From positions 1 through 39,838 of the forward strand of contig JACRIB010000016.1 in the NCBI GenBank assembly GCA_016235895.1: a stretch of 39,838 bases of DNA, written 5' to 3'. Positions 1 through 7,494 of the stretch are shown piece by piece (the first letter of the stretch is position 1; each line of letters starts with the position of its first letter). Source of the DNA: Candidatus Peregrinibacteria bacterium. GTDB lineage: Bacteria > Patescibacteriota > Gracilibacteria > UBA1369 > LOWO2-01-FULL-3. The notes beneath the pieces are model-generated. The model was not told the DNA's origin and made no database searches. It worked only from the letters and a program-made list of their open reading frames with translations. The position numbers and the translations under genes are program-made.

Positions 1-7
1 AACGTTT

Positions 8-109
8 CGCACTTTGCGATGATTGGCGCTGGTACAATTTTAGCACGCAGTGCTACACCAGCGCCAAATATGGGCGTAGCGACCGTAGGGAGCGGAGCCG
101 CAAAGTGCG
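8..109. repeat. GC-rich nested inverted-repeat element at the window edge
   Basis: Outer arms CGCACTTTGCG (8-18) / CGCAAAGTGCG (99-109). Inner arms TTGGCGCTGGT (23-33) / ACCAGCGCCAA (57-67). Apical arms AGCAC (42-46) / GTGCT (50-54). GC-rich against AT-rich surroundings. Confidence 0.5.
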
Positions 110-136
110 TGTTGTACGATGCTGAGAAAAACCCTT

Positions 137-298
137 TTACAACTTACTTCTTACTTCGTCTCTAACACCCTCTACTCCGGAATGTTCACCCAGAACTTTT
201 CCCATTTCTTGTAGTTGAGGATTATCAAGGTTACGAAGTACATTGTGCAAAATTAAAAGCTGATCTGCTGACATACCAGCTTTTTCGCAGCGTTCCAA
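137..298 (-). CDS. possible small ORF or gene remnant (53 aa from TTG)
   Basis: The minus-strand frame is open from 421 down to the TAA at 137-139. It has no ATG/GTG/TTG before the TTG at 298. No family recognised. Confidence 0.2.
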   Translation of the reverse strand: MERCEKAGMSADQLLILHNVLRNLDNPQLQEMGKVLGEHSGVEGVRDEVRSKL

Positions 299-560
299 TA
301 CTTGATTTTGTACTTCTCCAGGAATAGTTTCTGGAGCTTTAGGTTGATCTGATCCTTCTGTAGCTATATTTGAGAAGATTAAATAATAAGATGTGACTTT
401 ATCAGCTTTTAATTTTGCGTGTCAATACGTTTTGGGTTTTTCTCAGTTTCGTACAACTCCTGTTTATGCGAACTTTTTGTGGTATGGTAACATAAGTCCT
501 GCATTTGCGCTATGCAAAAAAAGTTTGCATAAACAGCGGAGGAGAGCGGTTTTGGAAAAT

Positions 561-628
561 ATTTTAGAAAAATTTTAAGTTTATTTTAGATTTATTTTAA
601 GAAAATTTTAGATTCGACTGGTATTAAT
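561..628 (+). promoter_or_regulatory. phased ATTTTA(A)G repeat tract followed by extended -10 (TGgTATTAAT, 619-628)
   Basis: Five ATTTTAG/ATTTTAAG units with roughly 10-11 bp spacing. The 20-mer TTTATTTTAAGAAAATTTTA (591-610) is identical to 2551-2570. Confidence 0.4.
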
Positions 629-689
629 AAAATAAATTTTTGTGATTATCAAAAACTGTTCTATAATTGAGGAGCTTTAATACATCCTT

Positions 690-842
690 ATGAAAAAAAT
701 CAACTGGGGAAAATTAGACCATGATGTATGGCCTGAATATACCGAAGAAGAAAAAAAAGCTCTTATTAAAGCTATCGAAAAAGCTCCAGCAGTTGTTGAT
801 TATCACGAAAAAAAGAGACGTTTCGTGATAATTTATGATTAA
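690..842 (+). CDS. small putative antitoxin (50 aa) paired with the PIN protein
   Basis: ATG at 690 lies downstream of GAGGAG (669-674) and TATAAT (662-667). Its stop overlaps the ATG of the downstream PIN ORF by 8 nt. It is below the ORF-track length cutoff. Confidence 0.45.
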   Translation: MKKINWGKLDHDVWPEYTEEEKKALIKAIEKAPAVVDYHEKKRRFVIIYD

Positions 843-1332
843 AAATTCGCACATATTGTTTGATACATGTATTTTAAATAATCTTTTATCTAAAGAGTTT
901 TTCTTGAGGGATCAAACGAAATTGTTGTTTAAAGAATTAACTAATCTCGGCAATATTTTATATGTTAGTGAATTTACAAAATACGAATTATTAAGAGATG
1001 CCAACCTTAATAAAAAAATGGCATTTGGGGAATTGCTGAATACCTTCCGTGTGATTACCAATAGCAGGGATAGGTTGGAAAGAGCAGTAAAACTTTATGA
1101 ATCATACAAACATGAGCCGAGTATTAATAGCATTCTTCACTCAATTTCAGACGTTGATATTTTTATCGGCTCTTTGATTTTTACTGATCAAAAACCTTAT
1201 CTTCTTACTGCGGATTTTGCTGATTTTCCCAGGCCTTTTTTTGTTGAAAGGGATATTTTTCCAATTGAATTCAGAAGACCGCGGGGAAATATGAACTGTT
1301 TGTATTACTACTTATTGCAGGCAAATATATGA
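835..1332 (+). CDS. PIN-domain protein (VapC-like toxin)
   Basis: N-terminal ILFDTCIL resembles the first acidic PIN motif, with later E (YELL) and D (DVDIF) residues. The gene overlaps a small upstream ORF in toxin-antitoxin fashion. Confidence 0.55.
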   Translation: MIKNSHILFDTCILNNLLSKEFFLRDQTKLLFKELTNLGNILYVSEFTKYELLRDANLNKKMAFGELLNTFRVITNSRDRLERAVKLYESYKHEPSINSILHSISDVDIFIGSLIFTDQKPYLLTADFADFPRPFFVERDIFPIEFRRPRGNMNCLYYYLLQANI

Positions 1333-1347
1333 TTAACTTATAATTTT

Positions 1348-2181
1348 ATGATGGAGGCGGATGTTCGCTATCTCGAAAGAGAATTAAAAATCAGAAATTA
1401 CAGCATCAGAACAGTGCAGGCCTATTGTTTGGCCGTGCGGGAATTTCTGAAATTTGCGCAAAAATTTGGCAAAACGTACCTGAATTTTAAGCGGCTGGAT
1501 GAGGATTTTATCAAGGATTTTTTGTTGCGCAAAAAGGACCTCGATTGTTCGCCTAAAACACTAAATGTTTATCTGTCTGGAATAAAATATTTCTACAAAG
1601 AAGTTTTGGGAATAACGCATCCAATAAAAATAAAATTCGCTAAGATAAACAATAAATTGCCGGTGATTTTGTCACATGAAGAAATTATGGAAATTATACG
1701 AACTTTGCAAAATTTCAAGCATCGGGCAATCATTGCCCTGGCTTACGGCGCGGGATTGAGAGTCAGTGAAGTTACAAAAATAAAAATCGCCGACCTGAAT
1801 TTTCATCAAAAATCCATCAATATTCGCCAATCCAAAGGCAATAGAGATAGAATTTCTCTTCTTCCAGAGCCATTGATCAATGATTTGAAAAAATTAATCG
1901 GCAATCGCGAGCCAAAAGAATATTTATTCCAAAGCAATCGAGGTGGAAAACTGACCACTCGTACATTACAAAAGATTTTTCGCATGGCCGTCGACCGTGC
2001 CCGTATCTGTAAAAACCCGACATTTCATTCTCTAAGACATAGTTTTGCCACTCACCTACTTGAAGGTGGTACTAATCTGCGCCTTATTCAGGAACTCCTT
2101 GGCCACCAAAATATTCGCACCACGCAAATTTACACGCAAGTTTCCCCTTCCATGATGACAAGCGTGAAAAGTCCGCTATAA
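1348..2181 (+). CDS. tyrosine recombinase (XerC/XerD / phage-integrase family), apparently intact
   Basis: GLRVSEV (Arg I), SKGNRDR (Lys), HSLRHSFATHLL (H-x-x-R) and LGHQNIRTTQIYTQV (His/Tyr) are all present. Confidence 0.9.
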   Translation: MMEADVRYLERELKIRNYSIRTVQAYCLAVREFLKFAQKFGKTYLNFKRLDEDFIKDFLLRKKDLDCSPKTLNVYLSGIKYFYKEVLGITHPIKIKFAKINNKLPVILSHEEIMEIIRTLQNFKHRAIIALAYGAGLRVSEVTKIKIADLNFHQKSINIRQSKGNRDRISLLPEPLINDLKKLIGNREPKEYLFQSNRGGKLTTRTLQKIFRMAVDRARICKNPTFHSLRHSFATHLLEGGTNLRLIQELLGHQNIRTTQIYTQVSPSMMTSVKSPL

Positions 2182-2188
2182 TGGCGGC

Positions 2189-2515
2189 ATGAGTGATACA
2201 CAAGCAATATCGAGTTCAGCCCAAGTGGTTGAGGCAAAGCCGGCGCCGGTGGTAGCGGTTGATGACAATCCCATACTTTTCTACTGCAAAGATTGCGCGG
2301 AAATCGTGGAAACCCGTAGGGTTGGCGGAAAATACGTCTACACCTGCAAAAAATGCGGTACAAAAAACGTAGCTTTTGGTACGAAGAAAAGCATTTATGG
2401 CTTTTTCAAGCTGGCGGATAAAGAAAAAGCCAAGCTGCGTGAAGAGAAACGTGAGGAAAAGCGCCGTATGCAGATGGAAAAATCCAGTAAATCCTTGCCG
2501 CCGCGCGCTGTTTAA
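2189..2515 (+). CDS. zinc-ribbon protein with Lys/Glu-rich tail, function unknown
   Basis: CKDC...CKKC four-Cys ribbon, followed by a charged C-terminus. Confidence 0.55.
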   Translation: MSDTQAISSSAQVVEAKPAPVVAVDDNPILFYCKDCAEIVETRRVGGKYVYTCKKCGTKNVAFGTKKSIYGFFKLADKEKAKLREEKREEKRRMQMEKSSKSLPPRAV

Positions 2516-2522
2516 CGACGAG

Positions 2523-2588
2523 ATTTTAGAAATTTTAGATTTTTTTTAATTTTATTTTAAGAAAATTTTAAGTTAGTGTGCTATTAAT
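2523..2588 (+). promoter_or_regulatory. second copy of the ATTTTA(A)G repeat tract plus extended -10 (TGcTATTAAT, 2579-2588), upstream of recA
   Basis: ATTTTAAGAAAATTTTAAG at 2554-2572. The 20-mer 2551-2570 is identical to 591-610. Confidence 0.4.
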
Positions 2589-2628
2589 CTGATGTCTTCA
2601 GATTTTTCAAGGATTTTGTAAAATTCCC

Positions 2629-2657
2629 TTGACGGTGAGTGTATGCTCACCTATACT
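2629..2657 (+). promoter_or_regulatory. near-consensus sigma70-type recA promoter with a palindrome in the spacer
   Basis: TTGACG (2629-2634), a 17-nt spacer, then TATACT (2652-2657). The spacer carries GGTGAG-N6-CTCACC (2634-2651). Confidence 0.6.
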
Positions 2658-2686
2658 GGGGACGAATAATCCTTAACACAAAAAAT

Positions 2687-3748
2687 ATGGATGCAAAAAG
2701 TGAGAAGAGCAAGGCTATCGAGCTGGCCATTGCGCAGATCGAAAAAAATTTCGGTAAAGGCTCGATTATGAAAATGGGTGAAATTGGGAAGTTTCCAATT
2801 GAGACGATTTCAACCGGTTCTATATCCTTGGATGTGGCATTGGGCGGAGGTATTCCGCGCGGCAGAATCATCGAAATCTTTGGGCCGGAAAGTTCAGGCA
2901 AAACCACTTTGAGTTTGCACATTCTGGCTGAAGCGCAAAAAAAGGGCGGCACGGTTGGATTCATTGATGCGGAACATGCTCTTGATCCGGAGTATGCCAA
3001 AAGAATTGGCGTAAATATCGATGAATTGGTCCTATCGCAGCCGGATAGCGGTGAGCAGGCGCTGGACATTGTCGAAACTTTGGTAAGAAGTAACGCGCTG
3101 GATGTGGTGGTGGTGGATTCCGTGGCGGCTCTTGTGCCAAAAGCGGAAATTGATGGCGATATGGGCGATTCTCATATGGGACTTCAAGCTCGTCTTATGA
3201 GTCAGGCGCTCCGTAAATTGACAGCGGTTGTTTCCAAATCAAAAACAACGGTCATTTTTCTCAATCAGTTGCGCATGAAAATTGGCATAATGTTTGGCAA
3301 TCCGGAGACCACAACTGGTGGTCAGGCACTGAAATTTTATGCTTCGGTACGTATGGATATTCGCGCTGCCGGCAAGATCGAAGATCCGGCAAGCGCTGAA
3401 AAAGAATTGATCGGCAATCATGTTAGAGTGAAGATTGTCAAAAACAAAATGGCTCCGCCCTTCAAGGTCGCGGAGTTCGATATCATGTACAACAGAGGCA
3501 TTTCTTTCGAGGGTGATCTGTTGGATTTGGCCACAAAATACAATGTTACTCGTAAGTCCGGGGCTTTTTATACCTACAAGGATACCAAGCTCGGCCAGGG
3601 TCGCGAAAATGCCAAAAATTTTCTGATGGAAAATGATAAGGCCTGCAAAGCCATCGAGAAAGATGTGAAAACCTTGCTTTATGGCGATCCGAAAGAGGTG
3701 GAAAAATTAGTAGAAAAATTAACTGAAAAATTACCGGAAGAAGTATGA
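2687..3748 (+). CDS. recA: recombinase RecA
   Basis: Walker [10 protein letters not shown], plus [17 protein letters not shown] and [10 protein letters not shown]. The ATG at 2687 gives a typical N-terminus ([14 protein letters not shown]). The ORF-track start at 2639 is probably too early. Confidence 0.97.
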   Translation: MDAKSEKSKAIELAIAQIEKNFGKGSIMKMGEIGKFPIETISTGSISLDVALGGGIPRGRIIEIFGPESSGKTTLSLHILAEAQKKGGTVGFIDAEHALDPEYAKRIGVNIDELVLSQPDSGEQALDIVETLVRSNALDVVVVDSVAALVPKAEIDGDMGDSHMGLQARLMSQALRKLTAVVSKSKTTVIFLNQLRMKIGIMFGNPETTTGGQALKFYASVRMDIRAAGKIEDPASAEKELIGNHVRVKIVKNKMAPPFKVAEFDIMYNRGISFEGDLLDLATKYNVTRKSGAFYTYKDTKLGQGRENAKNFLMENDKACKAIEKDVKTLLYGDPKEVEKLVEKLTEKLPEEV

Positions 3749-4269
3749 CTAAATATGAAAAATTAATTCAGTACGCTTTGCGCATCATCGCTAAAAAACG
3801 TTATACCACTTTTGAAATTGAAAAAAAGTTGAAGCTGTTTTTGGCAAGGCAGGCCTGCCTGCCGGACAGGCAGAAGAAATTGGCAAAGGAGAACGCCGAG
3901 GAAGAGACCGAAGCCATCAATGCCGTGCTCGCAAGGCTGCAAGAATTAAAATATTTGGATGATTCAGTTTATGCCGATGATTATATCGCGGATAGAAAAA
4001 AGTTCAGACCTCGCGGCAAGTTTTTACTTGCCCGAGAATTAAAAAAGAAAGGACTGGATGCGGACTTGATTCAAAACGCCCTAGAAAAGCAAAAGTCAGA
4101 CGAGTCCGAAACCGCAGTTAGAGCCCTGGAAAAAAAGTCCAGGCAATGGCATGATATTCCATTACCAAAGCAGAGAGAGAGAGCTTATCGCTTTCTCTCT
4201 GCCCGGGGCTTCGATTCGGATGCTATTTACAAAGCCATAAGTTGCTGTTACAATCGGGCCATAGAGTAG
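3745..4269 (+). CDS. recX: RecX regulatory protein
   Basis: ATGA overlap with the recA stop. Helical-repeat protein with RecX-like motifs ([30 protein letters not shown]). Confidence 0.8.
   Translation: MTKYEKLIQYALRIIAKKRYTTFEIEKKLKLFLARQACLPDRQKKLAKENAEEETEAINAVLARLQELKYLDDSVYADDYIADRKKFRPRGKFLLARELKKKGLDADLIQNALEKQKSDESETAVRALEKKSRQWHDIPLPKQRERAYRFLSARGFDSDAIYKAISCCYNRAIE
3847..3873. repeat. GC-rich palindromic element inside recX
   Basis: AGGCAGG/CCTGCCT palindrome followed by the CTGCC-GGACA-GGCAG hairpin. The 17-mer 3857-3873 is identical to 5793-5809. Confidence 0.7.
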
Positions 4270-4296
4270 AATCAAGTTTTGATTCTGCTTTTTGTT
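4268..4296 (+). terminator. rho-independent terminator after recX
   Basis: AGAATCAA-GTT-TTGATTCT (8-bp stem) followed by GCTTTTTGTTTTG. Confidence 0.75.
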
Positions 4297-4321
4297 TTGT
4301 TTATTTTGTAAATTTATTCAT

Positions 4322-5575
4322 ATGCAATCCCAATTTTTTGCTGCTATTAACCAGCTATGTGACGAAAAAAATATTCCGCGCGAGCGCGTGCTTGAAACCA
4401 TTAAAGCCGCTTTGAAAGCCGCTTACCGCAAGGACTACGGCCACAAAGAAGAAAATGTGGACGTGGAAATTGATGAGAATTCCGGTTTGGCCACCGTTTT
4501 TTTGCTTAAAAAAGTGGTGAAAAAAGTGGCGGATGAATTCCTGGAAATTGTGCAAAAAGATGCTCTTAAATACAATAAAAACGCCAAAGTTGGTGATGAC
4601 ATAAAAATCGATGTTACGCCGATGAATTACGGCCGTATTGCCGCGCAAGCCGCAAAACAAGTTATCATTCAGAGGATCCAGGAAGCCGAAAGAGATGTGA
4701 TGTATGACACCTTCAAGGATCGTGAAAATGAGCTGGTGAATGCGATGGTTCACCGTGTGGATGGCAACAATGTTTACATCAATCTTGACGATAAAATCAC
4801 CACTCTGCTCCCACATGATCAGCAAATTCGCGGTGAAAAATATTATTCCGGCCAGAGAATAAAATTGTATTTGGACAGAGTTATCAAAACCACAAAGGGT
4901 CCGGAACTTTTGATTTCGCGTACCAATCCAAATCTCGTGAAAAAATTGTTGGAACTGGAAATTCCGGAGATCAAATCCGGCCTGGTGGTAGTGAAATCAA
5001 TCGCGCGCGATCCGGGCGTGCGTTGTAAGGTGGCGGTTTCATCCAATGACGAAAAAATTGATCCGATCGGCTCGTGTGTAGGCCAAAAAGGCGTGCGCGT
5101 GCAAAACATCATGCAAGAGTTGAATGGCGAAAGAATCGACATTATTCAGTGGTCGGAAAATATGGAAGATTACATCCGTACTTCTTTGGCGCCGGCTAAA
5201 ACTGCTGTAATTAAATTGTCGCTTGAGGAAAAGCGCGCCAAGGTTTATGTAAATCCAGATCAACGACCTTTGGCCATCGGTAAACAGGGCCAAAATGTGC
5301 GTCTGGCTTCCATTCTTACCGGTTGGGAAATTGATATCATGGATATCAGTGAATTCGCCGGAGCCCCGGGCGCGCCAAAAACGGAGGAGAAGCTTGAGGT
5401 AAAAAATCTGGAAGATTTGGGTCTGGATGCCGGCTTGGTTGAGAAATTGAAGACCGCTAATTTGACTTTGGTAGAACAGTTAAAGGGCTTGGGAGCTAAA
5501 GATCTGATGGAAGTCGAAGGCATCGACGAGGAGGGAGCTAAAGCCATCGCCGAAGCCGTGAAGAAGGTGAAGTAA
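4322..5575 (+). CDS. nusA: transcription termination/antitermination factor NusA
   Basis: S1 and KH-domain motifs (DPIGSCVGQKGVRVQNI, LAIGKQGQNVRLASILTGWEIDI) and a C-terminal HhH-like tail. The ATG at 4322 gives MQSQFFAAINQL. Confidence 0.93.
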   Translation: MQSQFFAAINQLCDEKNIPRERVLETIKAALKAAYRKDYGHKEENVDVEIDENSGLATVFLLKKVVKKVADEFLEIVQKDALKYNKNAKVGDDIKIDVTPMNYGRIAAQAAKQVIIQRIQEAERDVMYDTFKDRENELVNAMVHRVDGNNVYINLDDKITTLLPHDQQIRGEKYYSGQRIKLYLDRVIKTTKGPELLISRTNPNLVKKLLELEIPEIKSGLVVVKSIARDPGVRCKVAVSSNDEKIDPIGSCVGQKGVRVQNIMQELNGERIDIIQWSENMEDYIRTSLAPAKTAVIKLSLEEKRAKVYVNPDQRPLAIGKQGQNVRLASILTGWEIDIMDISEFAGAPGAPKTEEKLEVKNLEDLGLDAGLVEKLKTANLTLVEQLKGLGAKDLMEVEGIDEEGAKAIAEAVKKVK

Positions 5576-5605
5576 GGGTTTTCCCTTCTATTTAGGCCTC
5601 TTTTC

Positions 5606-5700
5606 TGCTATAATAATGGGATATTTTCGAACCCACAGAGCGCTTGCGTTCCGGCGAGCCTAAGGGCGAGCATGGTGAGCGAAGCGAAAACCTATTATTT
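5606..5700 (+). promoter_or_regulatory. extended -10 (TGcTATAAT, 5606-5614) plus GC-rich leader of pilB
   Basis: The leader 5629-5690 is GC-rich and contains GCGAGC-CTAAGG-GCGAGC (5654-5671). It is open in frame with pilB from TTG 5644, so translation cannot be excluded. Confidence 0.4.
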
Positions 5701-7494
5701 ATGGCAGACGATAAGGCTATACAAGCAGCCCAACAACTGGAAAAGGACCTGCAGGCCAAAAAAATTCAAGAAGCCGGCGGTGAAACAAGCTCGCCTGCCG
5801 GACAGGCAGGCGCGAAAACGGCCGTAAAAGATAATTCAAAAAATGCCGCCGAAACTCAAGTTGTTCTTACCGGTATGACCGGTATCAATCGGGAATTTCA
5901 GGAAAAATCGGTCTTGAAACAGGCCGAATCGCTGAATTTGCCGTATGTGAATATCGGCAAGACCCCACTAAATCCGGATTTCTTGAAATTGGTGGATCTT
6001 GAAACGGCTAAAAAAGCGCGTATTGTTCCATTTTTCAGAGTGGGTAAAAAAGTGCGTGTGGCCGTGCAGGACAGCAATAATCCCGATACCCAAGCCGTAA
6101 TCAAGTCTTTGCAGGAAAAAGGTTTTGAAATCAATTTGAATCTGGCTTCGTCCGCGGGTATTGATGATGCGCTCTACATTTACGACCAGACCCAGAAGTA
6201 CAGAAAAATGGAAATCGTGGAAAGTGTGGAAAAAAAATCCATCAAAACTTACGAAAAAGAAATTGCCACTTTGAAAGAATTGACGACTAAACTCGACAGC
6301 GTGACGGCCGAAGAAGGCTTGAATCTGCTCAATGTCGGCGCCATGAAGACCGGTGCTTCCGATGTGCATTATGAGCCCAATGAAAAAACGGTAATCGTGA
6401 GATTTCGTATTGATGGCGTTCTACATAAAGTTTTTGAAATCAAACCGGACACTTATATCAAAATTGTAAATCAACTCAAGTACAACAGCAGGATGAGGCT
6501 CAATGTCACGACGGTGCCGCAAGACGGACGTTATGATTTCTTGTTCAATGACCAGAGAATCGCGGTGCGTGTTTCTTCCATTCCAACGCCTTATACCGAG
6601 TCGTTCGTATGCAGATATTTGCCGAGCGAAGAGATTACCTTGAGTTTTGAAGAACTGGGATTTCAGGGCTTGGCGCTAATAAAATTGCAGAAAGTTTGTG
6701 AAATTTCTCATGGCATGGTGCTGGTCACGGGCCCTACCGGTTCGGGAAAAACAACCACGCTGTATTCCATTTTGAGTAAAATGAATACGCCTGAGGCGAA
6801 GATTATTACACTGGAGGATCCGGTGGAATACAATTTGCGCGGGGTGACCCAGAGCCAGATCGATGAAAAAAGAGACTATGATTTTGCCAAAGGTTTGCGC
6901 GCGATTTTGAGGCAGGATCCGGACATCGTGATGCTCGGAGAAATACGTGATTTGGAAACGGCGCAGACGGCCGCGCAGGCGGCGCTTACCGGTCACGTGG
7001 TGCTTTCCACTTTGCATACCAATAGCGCGATAGAAACTATTCCGCGCTTGGTAAATATGGGCTTGCCGCCATTCATGATCGGCCCTTCTTTGGATACCAT
7101 TGTGGCCCAGAGGTTGGTGAGAAAAATGTGTCCAAAATGTTCTACCATGGAGCCGATTTCCGATTCCGCCAAAAAGGAATTTGAAGCAATTATGACGAAT
7201 TTGAAAAATGTAAATCCGGCGGTGGTGGTGAATATTCCCGAAAAAATTCCGGCCGCTCACGGCTGTGATGACTGCAGCCAGACGGGGTATAAAGGCCGTT
7301 TGGTTATTTGCGAAGTGATTACTTTGAATAATGCCTTGAAAGATTTGATTTTAAATAAGGCCAGTCTGGTGGATTTGATTGGCGCGGCCAGAAAAGATGG
7401 CATGACTACCATGAAAGAAGATGGATTTTTGAAAGTGGCGCAGGGTCTTACTACGCTGGAAGAAGTCTATCGTGTGACTAACGTTTTAGATTAG
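5701..7494 (+). CDS. pilB: type IV pilus / type II secretion assembly ATPase (PilB/GspE family)
   Basis: GSPII_E N-terminal-like region, Walker A GPTGSGKTT, LRQDPDI, and a tetracysteine CPKC...CDDC motif. Confidence 0.9.
   Translation: MADDKAIQAAQQLEKDLQAKKIQEAGGETSSPAGQAGAKTAVKDNSKNAAETQVVLTGMTGINREFQEKSVLKQAESLNLPYVNIGKTPLNPDFLKLVDLETAKKARIVPFFRVGKKVRVAVQDSNNPDTQAVIKSLQEKGFEINLNLASSAGIDDALYIYDQTQKYRKMEIVESVEKKSIKTYEKEIATLKELTTKLDSVTAEEGLNLLNVGAMKTGASDVHYEPNEKTVIVRFRIDGVLHKVFEIKPDTYIKIVNQLKYNSRMRLNVTTVPQDGRYDFLFNDQRIAVRVSSIPTPYTESFVCRYLPSEEITLSFEELGFQGLALIKLQKVCEISHGMVLVTGPTGSGKTTTLYSILSKMNTPEAKIITLEDPVEYNLRGVTQSQIDEKRDYDFAKGLRAILRQDPDIVMLGEIRDLETAQTAAQAALTGHVVLSTLHTNSAIETIPRLVNMGLPPFMIGPSLDTIVAQRLVRKMCPKCSTMEPISDSAKKEFEAIMTNLKNVNPAVVVNIPEKIPAAHGCDDCSQTGYKGRLVICEVITLNNALKDLILNKASLVDLIGAARKDGMTTMKEDGFLKVAQGLTTLEEVYRVTNVLD
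5789..5814. repeat. GC-rich palindromic element inside pilB
   Basis: GCTCGC followed by CGCCTGCC-GGACA-GGCAGGCG (8-bp perfect stem, 5792-5812). Confidence 0.7.

Noticed and set aside
393-578. 61-aa ORF (GTG start) in the ORF track
   Set aside because: It has no recognisable motif and no ribosome-binding context. It runs into the AT-rich repeat/promoter tract and lies antisense to the open frame at 137-421. It is probably non-coding.
561-611. Possible CRISPR-like or tandem-repeat array formed by the ATTTTAG units
   Set aside because: The units are only 7-8 nt with 2-4 nt spacers. There are no spacer-sized unique segments and no cas genes. The tract is better explained as phased A/T tracts of a promoter or a recombination site.
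3745-3748. Alternative genetic code (UGA recoding, as in some candidate phyla)
   Set aside because: TGA terminates recA in a typical ATGA overlap with recX. All family-recognisable ORFs are full length under the standard code.
4170-4202. 9-bp-stem hairpin GCAGAGAGA...TCTCTCTGC inside recX
   Set aside because: It is not GC-rich and has no second copy in the window. It encodes a segment that looks like conserved RecX sequence ([11 protein letters not shown]), so it is likely coincidental.
5357-5376. GC-rich stretch GCCGGAGCCCCGGGCGCGCC in the nusA linker (and similar stretches at 2237-2258 and 17421-17450) as extra members of the insert family
   Set aside because: Only short motifs are shared with the other elements (CGGAGCC, TTCGCCGG), and there is no extended repeat match in the window. 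This cannot be distinguished from ordinary Ala/Pro/Gly-rich linker coding without a genome-wide search.
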